Shown here piece by piece: positions 10,474 through 21,486 of a stretch of DNA of 64,000 nt. A model generated the notes under the pieces. The model was not told where the DNA came from and made no database searches. It saw only the letters and a list, made by a program, of their open reading frames with translations. Source of the DNA: an uncultured Acidobacteriota bacterium (GTDB lineage Bacteria; Acidobacteriota; UBA6911); assembly GCA_963809485.1 (NCBI GenBank), contig CAWEJX010000008.1:609699-673698 (forward strand), in the 5' to 3' direction. Both the position numbers and the translations under genes were made by a program. Position 1 is the first letter of the stretch. Each line of letters starts with the position of its first letter.

Positions 10474-12888
10474 ATGGATAAGTCACTCGTAGTCGTTGAA
10501 TCGCCGGCCAAGGCAAAAACCATCGGCAAATACCTTGGCAAAAACTATGTCGTCAAGGCCTCTGTCGGCCACATCAAGGATCTGCCCAAGAGCAAGCTGG
10601 GCGTTGACGTGGAAGACGATTTCACTCCCCACTACGCCGTAATTCCCGCCAAAGCTAAGGTGGTCAAGGAATTACGCGCAGCGGCCAAAGGCATTAAAGA
10701 CATCTACCTCGCGGCCGACCCGGACCGCGAGGGAGAAGCCATCTGCCAGCACCTGTCCGAGGAACTGTCCTCAAAGTCCCGCAACATCTATCGCGTCCTT
10801 TTCCACGAGATCACCAAAAACGCCATCCAGGAGGCGTTCAAGAGGCCCGGCCGCATCAACCAGCACAAGGTGGACGCGCAGCTGACGCGGCGCATCCTGG
10901 ACCGGCTGGTCGGATACAAAATCAGCCCCCTGCTGTGGGACAAGGTGAGGCGCGGCCTCTCCGCCGGCAGGGTTCAAACCGTGGCCCTGCGCCTGATCGT
11001 CGAGCGGGAACAGGAGATACGCGCTTTCAAATCCGAGGAATACTGGACCCTCGCAGCCAGGCTGGCGGGAAAAGCGCCTCCCGAATTTAAGGCCTGGGCG
11101 CGCCTGATCGACGGGAAGAAATGGGAAGTCGGCGACGGCGAAACCGCCAGGGGCATCGCGAGCGAACTCGAGAGCGTGCCCTTTGTGGTCCGCGAGATTC
11201 ACCGGCGGGAAAAGAAAAAATATCCCGTGCCGCCCTTCATCACAAGCAAGCTTCAGCAGGAAGCGGCCAGGAAACTCAACTTTTCGGTCAAACGGACTAT
11301 GCTCCTGGCGCAGAGGCTTTACGAAGGGATTGAAATAGGCCGGGAGGGCTCGGTCGGCCTGATCACCTATATGCGCACCGACAGCAGCCGCGTGGCCGAG
11401 AGCGCCCTCGAGGAAGTGCGCAACCTGATCAAGCGCGATTTCGGCGAGGCCTATCTTCCCCACCATCCCATTTACTACAAATCCAAAAAAACGGCCCAGG
11501 AAGCGCACGAGGCCATCCGGCCCACCTCCGTCGAGCGGACGCCCGAAAGCCTCCGCAACGACCTGGAACCGGACCTCTGGAAGCTGTACGCGCTGATCTG
11601 GACGCGCTTCGTCGCTTCCCAGATGAATCCGGCGGTCTTCGACCAGACCAACGTCAAAATCGACGCCGGAAGAGTGGAGTTCCGGGCCACGGGTTCCGTC
11701 GTCAAGTTCAGCGGGTTTCTCGCCATCTACCAGGAGGCCAGGCCGGATGAAAAGCCGGCCGGCCAGGAAGCGGTCGAGGAAGAGGAAGTCCTGCCGGAAA
11801 TGACCGAGGGCGAAACGCTCGCGCTCAAAGAGCTCCTGCCCGACCAGCATTTCACTCAGCCGCCGCCGCGCTACAACGAAGCCAGCCTGGTCAAGGCCCT
11901 CGAAGCCAAAGGGATCGGGCGGCCAAGCACCTATGCCTCAATTTTGAGCACGCTGCAGGACCGCGAGTACGCCGACAAGCAGGACGGCAAGTTCTACCCG
12001 ACCGAGATCGGCGAGGTGGTCCTCGGGCTTCTTGTCGCCAGCTTCCAGGAGATCTTCGATTACGAGTACACCGCGCGCATGGAGGATCACCTCGACCGCA
12101 TTGAATCGGGCCGCGAGCCCTGGAAACAGGCGCTGCGCGATTTCTACGACCGTTTCGCCAAAAAACTGAAGGTGGCGCAAAAGGAGATGCGCGACGTCAA
12201 GGCCGAGGCCGTTGAGACCGACGTCGTCTGCGAGAAATGCGGCAGCAAAATGGTGATCAAATGGGGCAAGTTCGGGCGCTTCCTGGCCTGCTCGGCATAC
12301 CCCGAATGCCGCAACACGCGCGAAATCTCAAAGGAGCCGAACGGAGCGGAACCGGCGCCGGCCCTGCCCGAAGATATCGAGTGCGACAAATGCGGCAGGC
12401 CGATGGTGCTCAAGCGCGGACGCTTCGGCGAGTTCCTGGCCTGTTCCGGATACCCCGAATGCCGCAACACGAAGAAGATCGTGAAATCGGCCCAAGATGT
12501 CACCGTAAAACACGACATACCCCTGAATGAAGATTGCCCCGTGTGCGGCAAAAAACTGGCGATCAAGCACGGCCGTTACGGGGAATACACCGCCTGCAGC
12601 GATTACCCGGACTGCAAGTACATCAAGCTGAAATCCACCGGCGTGCCCTGCGGCAGAGCCGGTTGCGGCGGGGAGATTGTCGAAAGGAAATCCCGCCGGG
12701 GCAAAACTTTCTACGGCTGCTCCAATTACCCGGACTGCGATTTCGTGCTTTGGAACAAGCCTTTGCCCGATCCCTGCCCGCTGTGCCAGGCGCCGTTTAC
12801 GCTCCTTAAAACCACCAAGCGCTCCGGCGCGGTCCGCATCTGTAATACCGACGGATGCAAATTCAATGAGCCCCTGGAGAGCGATTGA
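10474..12888 (+). CDS. topA: DNA topoisomerase I
   Basis: 'VVESPAKAK', 'DPDREGEAI', 'SAGRVQ', 'ITYMRTDS', C-terminal Zn ribbons. Confidence 0.98.
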   Translation: MDKSLVVVESPAKAKTIGKYLGKNYVVKASVGHIKDLPKSKLGVDVEDDFTPHYAVIPAKAKVVKELRAAAKGIKDIYLAADPDREGEAICQHLSEELSSKSRNIYRVLFHEITKNAIQEAFKRPGRINQHKVDAQLTRRILDRLVGYKISPLLWDKVRRGLSAGRVQTVALRLIVEREQEIRAFKSEEYWTLAARLAGKAPPEFKAWARLIDGKKWEVGDGETARGIASELESVPFVVREIHRREKKKYPVPPFITSKLQQEAARKLNFSVKRTMLLAQRLYEGIEIGREGSVGLITYMRTDSSRVAESALEEVRNLIKRDFGEAYLPHHPIYYKSKKTAQEAHEAIRPTSVERTPESLRNDLEPDLWKLYALIWTRFVASQMNPAVFDQTNVKIDAGRVEFRATGSVVKFSGFLAIYQEARPDEKPAGQEAVEEEEVLPEMTEGETLALKELLPDQHFTQPPPRYNEASLVKALEAKGIGRPSTYASILSTLQDREYADKQDGKFYPTEIGEVVLGLLVASFQEIFDYEYTARMEDHLDRIESGREPWKQALRDFYDRFAKKLKVAQKEMRDVKAEAVETDVVCEKCGSKMVIKWGKFGRFLACSAYPECRNTREISKEPNGAEPAPALPEDIECDKCGRPMVLKRGRFGEFLACSGYPECRNTKKIVKSAQDVTVKHDIPLNEDCPVCGKKLAIKHGRYGEYTACSDYPDCKYIKLKSTGVPCGRAGCGGEIVERKSRRGKTFYGCSNYPDCDFVLWNKPLPDPCPLCQAPFTLLKTTKRSGAVRICNTDGCKFNEPLESD

Positions 12889-12995
12889 TTAACGCTGACG
12901 TACGCCGACAAAACGCTGACTTACGCTGAAAAAAAATATATAAATATATTTTTACAGCGTATGTCGGCGTTTTTGTCAGCGTGAGTCGGCGTTAA
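12889..12995. repeat. Complete ACGCYGAC palindromic element
   Basis: TTAA...TTAA, 4+4 motifs, begins at the base after the topA stop. Confidence 0.95.
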
Positions 12996-13007
12996 ACTGG
13001 AGGGGAG

Positions 13008-13919
13008 ATGCGCATTGCTCTGGCGGTCCTGGGAATTGTTGTGGTGTCGGCATGGGCCTGCGGGCAGTCGCCCAGAGCGTCTTCATCGATTTCCGCTCTC
13101 AGCGGGGAGCGGGCGATGGATTACGTCCGGGCGCAGGTGGCTTTCGGCCCGCGCCCCCCGGGTTCGCCGCAGCTTGAGAAATGCAGGCAATTCATCGAAA
13201 AAGAGCTGCGCAGTTTCGGGTACAGCGTCGAGGACGACGCGTTTACGGCCGAAACGCCCTACGGCCCGATCCGCATGCACAACCTGATCGCGCGCAAAGG
13301 CGACGGCGCCCGCGGAGTGATCGCGCTGGCGAGCCACTACGATACCAAGCTGATGGAGGGGAAAAACTTCGTCGGCGCCAACGACGCCGGCAGCAGCACC
13401 GGCCTGCTGCTGGAACTGGCGAGAGTCCTGGCCGCAAGCAGGGATCCGGTGGACTACTGGTTCCTGTTCCTTGACGGCGAGGAGGCTTTCGTGGAGTGGA
13501 GCACCTTCGACAGCACCTACGGCAGCCGGCACCTTGCGCGCCGCTGGCAGAAGGAAGGGACCGCGAAAAAAATACGCGCCCTGATCCTGCTCGACATGAT
13601 CGGGGACAAGGACCTGGACATATTTTATGAAACCAACTCCACGCGCTGGCTGATGGACCTGGTCTGGGAGACGGCGCAAAAGGCCGGCTTGAAGGACATC
13701 CTTTCCCCAATACGGACGGCCGTGGAGGACGATCATCTGCCCTTCCTCGATGCCGGCATCCCGTCGGTCGACATCATCGACCTCAATTTCGGCCCGCAGA
13801 ATTCCTACCACCACACACTGGCCGACACGCTGGACAAAGTCAGCCCCGAAAGCATGGAGAAGACCGGCAAGCTCGTCCTCGCGCTGCTAAACGCCTTAAA
13901 TAACGCTGACGCACGCTGA
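13008..13919 (+). CDS. M28 family peptidase (glutaminyl cyclase-like)
   Basis: 'SHYDTK', 'GANDAGSS', 'DGEE', 'LDMIG', 'DDHLPF', 'YHHT'. Confidence 0.9.
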   Translation: MRIALAVLGIVVVSAWACGQSPRASSSISALSGERAMDYVRAQVAFGPRPPGSPQLEKCRQFIEKELRSFGYSVEDDAFTAETPYGPIRMHNLIARKGDGARGVIALASHYDTKLMEGKNFVGANDAGSSTGLLLELARVLAASRDPVDYWFLFLDGEEAFVEWSTFDSTYGSRHLARRWQKEGTAKKIRALILLDMIGDKDLDIFYETNSTRWLMDLVWETAQKAGLKDILSPIRTAVEDDHLPFLDAGIPSVDIIDLNFGPQNSYHHTLADTLDKVSPESMEKTGKLVLALLNALNNADAR

Positions 13920-14005
13920 CGAAACGCCGACATACGCTGAAAAATAGATATATATAAATTTTATCTCAGCGTGCGTCGGCGTTATGTCAGCGTATGTCAG
14001 CGTTA
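13901..14005. repeat. Complete ACGCYGAC palindromic element
   Basis: 4+4 motifs; encodes the NADAR* end of the M28 ORF. Confidence 0.95.
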
Positions 14006-14090
14006 CTGAATTGCGGGTTGCGACTCGCTATGATAGTATTCCGTTTTTTTGGTTTCACGCCATGATCATCCCCTCCCGAAAGGAGCTTTT

Positions 14091-16192
14091 ATGAGGGTTT
14101 TTGAGAGCGATTCCATCCGAAATATCTGCCTCGTCGGTCACGGCGCATCGGGAAAGACCTCGCTGACCTCTGCGATGCTGTTCGACGCCGGAGCCGTCAA
14201 CCGGCTGGCACGGGTCGAGGACGGCAATACGGTCACCGACTGGGAAGAGGAGGAAATCGAACGCAAGATCAGCATCAGCTGCGCGCTAGCACACTGCGAG
14301 TGGAACAAGAAAAAGGTCAACATCCTGGACACTCCCGGCTACCGGCCCTTCCTGGCCGAAACACAGCTGGCGATGCGCGCCGCGGATGCGGCGGTCGTGG
14401 TGGTCGATGCGGTCGCCGGCGTGGAAGTGCAGACGGAGAAGGTGTGGGAATTCTGCGACGAGTACTCCCTTCCCCGCATCATCGTGATCAACAAGCTCGA
14501 CCGGGACAACGCCAGCAGCGAGCGCAGCCTGTCGTCGCTGGAGGAGACATTCGGACGCGGCGCGGTTGCCGTCGAGATTCCGATGGGCCTCGAGCGCGAT
14601 TTCGACGGGGTCATCAGCATCGTGACCAACAAGGCATACCGTTACGCGCGCGACGGTTCGGGAAAGTTCCAGGAGGAAGAAGTCCCCGCGGAGTTCAAAG
14701 ACGAAGCCGCCGAAAAGCGCGAGAAGCTGATCGAGATGGTGGCCGAATCGAGCGACACCCTGATGGAAAAGTTCTTCGCCGAGGGCACGCTGGACCAGGC
14801 CGATCTCATGGAAGGCCTGAAAAACGCCGTCCTGCAGCGAAGCGTCTACCCGGTTTTCTATGCCAGCGCAACGCTCTCAATATCGGAATCGCCCAGATCC
14901 TGGATGCCATCGCGGATCTGCTCCCTTCGCCGGCAACGGTCGGCAAAGTCAAGCGGGATCGATCCCAAAACCAATCAGCCGGTTGAGCGCGCCATTTCGA
15001 GCAAGGAACCTTACGCCGCCTATGTTTTCAAAACGATCGCCGATCCGTTTGCGGGCCGCATCAGCCTCATCAAGCTTTATTCCGGGGTCATGCGCTCCGA
15101 CAGCACCTACAATAACCAGACCAAGGGCAAAAGCGAAAAGCTCGGCCCGCTGCAGATCCCGCAGGGCAAGACCATGATTCCGGTCGGCGAGGTCCACGCG
15201 GGAGACTTTTTCGCCGTCACCAAACTCAGGGAAACCACTACGGGAGATACCCTGTGCGATCCGGCCCACGCCATCGTATTTGCGAGCGTGGAAGTGCCGG
15301 AACCTTCCATCACGTTCGCCATCGAGCCCAAGAGCCGCGGCGATGAAGACAAGATCAGCAATGCTCTGGCGCGCATCGCTCGAGGAAGATGCGGCGATCA
15401 AATACACCCGCGATCCCCAAACGAAACAGCTGCTGCTTTCCGGTTCCGGCCAGCTTGCACGTGGAAGTCACGGTGGCCAAATTGCGGAAGCGCTATGGCG
15501 TTGAAGTTATTCTCAAAACGCCCAAGGTCCCCTATCGCGAAACCATTCGGGGCAAAGCGGACGTGCAGGGCCGCCACAAGAAGCAGACCGGCGGCCACGG
15601 CCAGTTTGGAGACTGCTGGATCAAAATGGAACCGCTGCCTCGCGGCGGCGAGTTTTGAGTTTGTCGACGAGATTTTCGGCGGATCCATCCCGCGCAACTT
15701 CATCCCCGCCGTTGAAAAAGGGAATTGTCGATGCGGCTGCGCGAGGATTTCTCGCCGGATACCCTGTGGTCGACTTCAGGGTGATCCTTTACGACGGCAG
15801 CTATCACCCGGTCGATTCTTCCGAAATGGCCTTCAAGATCGCCGGCAGCCTTGCATTCAAAAAGGCGATGGAGGAAGCCAATCCCGTTCTTCTGGAGCCT
15901 ATCATGAACGTCGAGATTTATGCTCCGCAGGAATACGCCGGAGCCCTCACGGGCGATCTCAGCAGCAGGCGCGGCAGGCTGCAGGGGATGGACATCAAGC
16001 GGGACATCCAGATCATCAAGGCGCAGGTTCCCATGTCGGAAATGGTTTCCTATGCTCCGGTTCTCACTTCGGTGACCGGCGGTCGAGGAACCTATCACAT
16101 GGAATTTTCGCACTACGACGAGGTCCCGGCGCATATCAGCCCAGAAGATCATCGAGGAAGCCAACAAGGATAAAAAGCAAGAGGAAGAATAG
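14091..16192 (+). CDS. fusA: Elongation factor G paralog (EF-G2 type), multiple frameshifts
   Basis: 'GHGASGKTSL', 'DTPGY', 'NKLD', 'KQTGGHGQFG', 'DGSYHPVDSSEMAF' spread over several frames (indels near 14875, 14945, 15380, 15450, 15650, 15722, 16140). Confidence 0.9.
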
Positions 16193-16198
16193 CCCCTG

Positions 16199-16995
16199 AT
16201 GTACCCTAAGATACTGGATTTGGGTCCCGTAACGATTCACACCTATGGCCTGTTGCTGGCCGCTGGCTTTCATCGCGGGCATCTGGATGACGAGCCGGAA
16301 CGCCAGAGAAGCAGGGGATCGATCCGGATTCAATCTGGAACATGGGGCTGATCGTCATCTTTGCGGCTCTCGTGGGCGCGAAGGTTATTTTGCTTTTTTC
16401 CAATTCCGATATTACTCCCAGAATTTCCGGGAAATCTTTTCCCTCTCCACCCTTCGTTCCCCGGGGGTCTATTACGGAGGCCTGCTGCTCGCCCTGGGCG
16501 CCGCGGCCTGGTACATGGCGAAGAAAAAGACTCCCCGGCTGGACCGTCGCCGATCTTGCGGCGCCGGGCATCGCGTTGGGACAGGCGATTGGACGCTTCG
16601 GGCTGCCTGTCGGCAGGCTGCTGCTACGGCAAGCCTACTTCGCTGCCGTGGGGCATCACCTTCAGCAATCCATATTCCTACGACAATGTGGGCGTTCCGC
16701 TCAATGTGGCGCTTCACCCGACGCAGATCTATGAATCCATCGGCACCTTGTGCCTTTATCTTTACCTGACGTGGCGTCTCTCCAGGAAACACATGACGGG
16801 ACAGATCATGCTGGAGTACCTGGCTCTTTACGCCTGCTTCGCTTTATCCTCGAGTTCTTCCGCGACGATGACCGCGGCTTTGTGCTTTACGGGCTTCTTT
16901 CGACATCGCAGTTTATCGCTATTCTGACCGTCCTCGGTGCGGGCGTCCTCTACTGGTTTCTCGTCCGCCGTCTCGGGGAAGTTCAGCAAAATTGA
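16199..16995 (+). CDS. lgt: Prolipoprotein diacylglyceryl transferase, frameshifted
   Basis: 'MYPKILDLGPVTIHTYG', 'YYGG', 'GQAIGR', 'GCCYG', 'HPTQIYE', 'RFILEFFRDD' in different frames. Confidence 0.88.
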
Positions 16996-17951
16996 GCAAC
17001 CGAACCGAGTCATGGATTGTGCCGCCCGGCGACGAACGGATCCGCCTGGATCAGTATCTGGCGCGCAAAATCCCCGGAGAAAGCCGTTCCCAGATTCAGA
17101 CTTGGATTCGCAACGGGTACATCCGCGTCAACGGGCAAGAGGTAAAAACCGGGCACCTGACGCGGATCGATGACCTCATCGCCCTCGAAGCGCCCGAACC
17201 TCAGCCTCTGTCGGTTTTTCCCGAAGCCATCCCACTCGACATCCTGTACGAGGACTCCGATCTGGCCGTCATCAACAAACCGGCCGGGCTTGTATGCCAT
17301 ACCGGCGCCGGCGTGCGTTCCGGAACGCTGGTGAATGCCCTGCTGTACCGTTTGGGGCCGCTGGATACCGGAGATCCTTCGAGGCCCGGCATCGTTCATC
17401 GCCTGGATAAGTTCACCAGCGGCGTCATGCTGGTCGCGAAAAACAGACCGTCTCACCGCCAGCTTTCGCAGCAGTTCAAGAACCGGGAGGTGAAAAAGGA
17501 ATACGTGGCTTGCGTTTACGGCAAGCCGTCCCCTGCATCCGGAACCATCGACCTGCCCCTGGGGCGCGATCCCAAAGACAGGAAAAAAATTTCGACGCGG
17601 GCGCACCGGACGCGAACGGCCGTCACTCATTACAGCGTGCGCGAGAGCCTGGGGCCGCTTTCGCTGCTGGCCGTGCGGATCGAGACAGGCAGGACGCACC
17701 AGATACGCGTCCACCTGGCGCACAAGGGGCATCCGGTGGTCGGCGATGCTTTATACGGCGCCAACCGCAGCCGCAACCTTGCGCCCGAACTGCAGGCTGC
17801 CGTAAGGGAACTGCAGAGGCCGTTCCTTCACTCCTTCCGGCTGCAATTCCAGCATCCCCGGACCGGACAGCCCCTTGCATTCGAATGTCCGCTGCCGGCG
17901 GAGCTGGAGGATTTCCGGAGCAAACTGGTGGATAACGCTGACTTACGCTGA
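16992..17951 (+). CDS. RluA/RluD-family pseudouridine synthase
   Basis: S4 domain 'RLDQYLA', 'NKPAGL', 'HRLDKFTSG', 'TGRTHQIRVH'. Confidence 0.95.
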   Translation: MSNRTESWIVPPGDERIRLDQYLARKIPGESRSQIQTWIRNGYIRVNGQEVKTGHLTRIDDLIALEAPEPQPLSVFPEAIPLDILYEDSDLAVINKPAGLVCHTGAGVRSGTLVNALLYRLGPLDTGDPSRPGIVHRLDKFTSGVMLVAKNRPSHRQLSQQFKNREVKKEYVACVYGKPSPASGTIDLPLGRDPKDRKKISTRAHRTRTAVTHYSVRESLGPLSLLAVRIETGRTHQIRVHLAHKGHPVVGDALYGANRSRNLAPELQAAVRELQRPFLHSFRLQFQHPRTGQPLAFECPLPAELEDFRSKLVDNADLR

Positions 17952-18590
17952 CAGGACGCCGACCTACGCCGAAAAAGAATATTTATATAGTTCTTTTGTC
18001 AGCGTGCGTCAGCGTCACGTCAGTCTCCTCTGCCGCCGGAGCTGGAGGATTTCCGGAGGAAACTGGGGGATAACGCTGACTTACGCTGACAGGACGCCGA
18101 CCTACGCCGAAAAAGAATATTTATATAGTTCTTTTGTCAGCGTGCGTCAGCGTCTGTCAGTCTCCTCTGCCGCCGGAGCTGGAGGATTTCCGGAGCAAAC
18201 TGGTGGATAACGCTGACTTACGCTGACAGGACGCCGACCTACGCCGAAAAAGAATATTTATATAGTTCTTTTGTCAGCGTGCGTCAGCGTCACGTCAGTC
18301 TCCTCTGCCGGCGGAGCTGGAGGATTTCCGGAGGAAACTGGGGGATAACGCTGACTTACGCTGACAGGACGCCGACCTACGCCGAAAAAGAATATTTATA
18401 TAGTTCTTTTGTCAGCGTGCGTCAGCGTTCTGTCAGTCTCCTCTGCCGGCGGAGCTGGAGGATTTCCGGAGCAAACTGGTGGATAACGCTGACTTACGCT
18501 GACAGGACGCCGACCTACGCCGAAAAAGAATATTTATATAGTTCTTTTGTCAGCGTGCGTCAGCGTTCTGTCGGCGTACGTCGGCGTTAT
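17886..18590 (+). repeat. Tandem array, 5 units of ~138 bp (rluA 3' end + palindromic element)
   Basis: CTGCCG marker recurs at 17892, 18030, 18167, 18305, 18443. Confidence 0.95.
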
Positions 18591-18598
18591 ACCGCGGC

Positions 18599-18627
18599 TT
18601 GACTCGATTTGCGGGGCTATCTATAAT
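18599..18627 (+). promoter_or_regulatory. Sigma70-type promoter for VWA gene
   Basis: TTGACT-17 nt-TATAAT, about 40 nt upstream of AAGGA RBS/ATG 18670. Confidence 0.65.
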
Positions 18628-18669
18628 CGAGGGGATGGTTTATAAACTCATTTAAGTAAAGGAATTGAA

Positions 18670-19647
18670 ATGGCTTACGTACGTTCCTTTGCGGTGCTGC
18701 TTGCCGGGTTGATTTTTTGCTCGGGCCTCGGCCTGCAGGATGGTTTGCCGGGCCAGGATGCTGCCAGGAAAACGGCTGCGGGGGATACCAAGCTTCCCGA
18801 GAGGATCTCCGACCAGACCTACCGTGTCAGCGTCGACCTGGTGAACATCCTGTGTTCCGTTTTCGATAGAAACACCAAGTCCTTCATCACTACCCTGACG
18901 CGCGAAGACTTCACTATCTACGAAGACCAGCAGCCGCAGCAAATCCGGAATTTCGCCCGTGAAACCAACCTGCCGCTCACGATTGCCCTGTTGATCGACA
19001 CCAGCCAGAGCGTGGCGCCCAAGCTCCGGTTCGAACAGGAAGCCGCCATCAATTTCGTCCAGAGCGTCATGCGCGAAAAAGACCGCGCCCTGCTCGTGGA
19101 ATTCAGCTCCGGCGTGACTTTGCTGCAGGATTTCACCGACGACGCAAACAAGATGACCCGGGAAATACGGAAGCTGACGGCAGCCGGCGGAACGGCCCTC
19201 TACGACGCCATCTATATGACGTGCGACGAAAAGCTGATCCGCGAAGCCGGACGCAAAGCCATTGTCATCGTGTCGGACGGTGAAGACGAGTCGAGCAAAG
19301 TCACACGCAACCAGGCCGTTGAAGTGGCCCTGCGGGCGGAAGCCACCATCTTCGCGCTCAGCGTCAGCAAAGGCGGATTTTTCGGCGTCGGAGGAGCCAC
19401 GGAAGGCGACGCCATCCTGAAGGACCTCACGGCGGAAACCGGCGGACGCCTGTTTTCCCCCTTCAAGATCGACGATCTGGATGAATCCTTCCGGCAGATC
19501 AACCAGGAACTCAGGAGCCAATACAACATCGGCTTCATCTCGAGCAACCCGGCGCGCGACGGAAGATACCGGACCATCGACATAAGAGTCAGCGAAAAAG
19601 GGCTGAAGCTCAATCACCGCAAAGGCTACTACGCACCAGGCCGATAG
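18670..19647 (+). CDS. VWA domain protein (Acidobacterial VWFA-related type)
   Basis: Signal peptide, 'RVSVDLVNI', MIDAS 'DTSQS', 'GTALYDAI', 'SDGED', 'ELRSQY'. Confidence 0.9.
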   Translation: MAYVRSFAVLLAGLIFCSGLGLQDGLPGQDAARKTAAGDTKLPERISDQTYRVSVDLVNILCSVFDRNTKSFITTLTREDFTIYEDQQPQQIRNFARETNLPLTIALLIDTSQSVAPKLRFEQEAAINFVQSVMREKDRALLVEFSSGVTLLQDFTDDANKMTREIRKLTAAGGTALYDAIYMTCDEKLIREAGRKAIVIVSDGEDESSKVTRNQAVEVALRAEATIFALSVSKGGFFGVGGATEGDAILKDLTAETGGRLFSPFKIDDLDESFRQINQELRSQYNIGFISSNPARDGRYRTIDIRVSEKGLKLNHRKGYYAPGR

Positions 19648-19704
19648 TAACGTTGAACGTTTGAACGTTGAACGTTGAAACGTGTAAACGTTCGAACGTT
19701 CAAC
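19648..19704. repeat. AACGTT-based short tandem repeat tract
   Basis: About 7 AACGT(T/G) units directly after the VWA stop. Confidence 0.85.
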
Positions 19705-19812
19705 ATCCCGATATGCCGCCAAAATTCAAAAAACCCCATCCCAGATAGGCGCCGATTCCTTAATGTAATACATTACCATTTTTGCGAAAATTAGCTATAT
19801 CGATAACTTTTA

Positions 19813-20163
19813 TCAGGCGACTCGATTTTGATTTTTGGGGTGACCGTTGAGCAGGTGATCGAGGAGCTTTTCGGGGCTGCCGTCGAAAAAGCGGGAAAGG
19901 GTGTCGTTCACCTGGTTCTGAGTCGCCTGCTGGCGGGAAAGCATCGGCCGGTAGGTATAGGCGCGTCCGGAGCGTACATGGCTAAGGGCGCCCTTGTCCT
20001 CCAGGATGCTCATGAGAGTCAGGACGGTTGTATAGGCGCTTGGTTTGCTTGCAGACAGGGTGCTGCACACATCCCTGACGGTCGCGGCGCCGCGGTCCCA
20101 GACGACCTTCATGATCCGAAGCTCCTGCCGCGTGAGGATGATTGAGTCTAGATCTTTTTTCAT
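19813..20163 (-). CDS. BlaI/MecI/CopY family transcriptional regulator
   Basis: 'LTRQELRIMKVVW', 'AYTTVLTLMSILEDKG', 'GRAYTY'. Confidence 0.92.
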   Translation of the reverse strand: MKKDLDSIILTRQELRIMKVVWDRGAATVRDVCSTLSASKPSAYTTVLTLMSILEDKGALSHVRSGRAYTYRPMLSRQQATQNQVNDTLSRFFDGSPEKLLDHLLNGHPKNQNRVA

Positions 20164-20276
20164 GGCCTTCTAAAATATCAATACGTCTCAATTTCGCAGG
20201 AGTTACTAAAAATACTAAAAAAATCCAGGACGGACTTGCGCTGACATGCGGGCGCTTATGGGTTAAGATAGCAGCC

Positions 20277-21486
20277 GTGAAACAGGCTATTCTCGCTCAT
20301 TATCACGAAATCAATCTCAAGGGCAACAACCGCGGCTGGTTCGAGGCGCACCTGGAGAAAAACGCCCTCTCGATCCTCAAGGGGCTGCCGCACGACGGAG
20401 TGCGGCGTTTCGCGGGGCGTCTGCGCATCGGGCTTTTGCCGGATTCGCCGGTGGATGAAATCGCGCGCCGCCTGCAGATGGTTTTCGGAATTGCCAACCT
20501 GGTGATTGCCCGGGAAGTCGAGGCGGGCATGGATGCGATCCAGGCTGCCCTGTCGGAAATGGTCTCGGCCGCGGATTTCAAGTCCTTCAAAATCGACGCC
20601 CGCCGCGGGAGCAAAAACTTCCCTCTCGATTCCATGGAAATCAACCGCCAGCTGGGCGCGTTCGTGCAGCAGCTCACGGGCGCCGCGGTCCGCATGGAAC
20701 ATCCCGACGCAACCTTTTTCGTGGAGATAGCCGGAGGCCGCGCGTTCCTTTACACCGCCAAAATCCGGGGCGCCGGCGGCCTGCCCTCGGGCACAGGCGG
20801 AAAAGTTCTCTGCCTCCTCTCCGGGGGCATCGACTCGCCGGTCGCGGCCTTCCGGCTCATGAGGCGCGGGTGCCGCGTCCTGCACGTTCATTTCCACAGC
20901 TTCCCGCACACCACGACTGAAGCCCAGGAGAAAGTCCGCCGCATCCTCGGGATCCTGTCGCGCTACCAGGAGGAATCGATCCTGTATCTCATCCCCTTCG
21001 CCGAGGTCCAGCACGAGATCGTGGCCTATGCCCCGGCTCCGCTACGCGTGATTCTCTACCGCCGGTTCATGATGCGCATCGCGCAAGCGGTGGCTCAAAA
21101 AGGAAAACGCTTCGGCGCTGGTAACCGGCGACAGCCTCGGGCAGGTCGCCAGCCAGACGCTGGAAAACCTGCGCACCGTCTCCGGCGCGACCACTCTCCC
21201 CATCTTCCGGCCGCTGATCGGCGACGACAAGGAAGAGATCATGCAGCTCGCGCGGGCGATCGGGACCTATGACCTCAGCATCCAGCCGGACCAGGATTGC
21301 TGTTCTCTCTTCGTCCCCAAACATCCGGAAACAATGTCCAATCCGGAGCAGGTGGCGCGGGCCGAAGAAGGCATGGATATCCCGCGGCTGATCGAGTCGG
21401 CCATGAACGAAGCCTCCCGTGAACTCATTGCAGCCGATTTTTCTTTCACAGGAGAAAAATCCCATGGAGCAGAACGACAGGATTGA
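20277..21486 (+). CDS. thiI: tRNA 4-thiouridine synthase ThiI, one frameshift near 21105-21115
   Basis: 'HYHEINLKG', THUMP domain, '[11 protein letters not shown]', '[12 protein letters not shown]', 'QDCCSLF' after a +1 shift in an A-run. Confidence 0.92.

Noticed and set aside
17886-18590. CRISPR array (also 30144-31089)
   Set aside because: The would-be spacers are near-identical copies of the adjacent gene end, the repeats are ~80-90 bp, and there are no cas genes in the window.
17875-18602. Repetitive small ORFs '[17 protein letters not shown]' (also 30908-31159)
   Set aside because: These are translations of the repeat arrays, with no RBS or coding evidence.
19761-19773. BlaI operator (AATGTAATACATT palindrome)
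   Set aside because: Half-sites are inverted relative to TACAnnTGTA and it lies downstream of convergent genes.
21100-21120. Programmed frameshift in thiI or fdhF
   Set aside because: No known recoding in these families, and similar indels are scattered across the window, which points to sequencing error.
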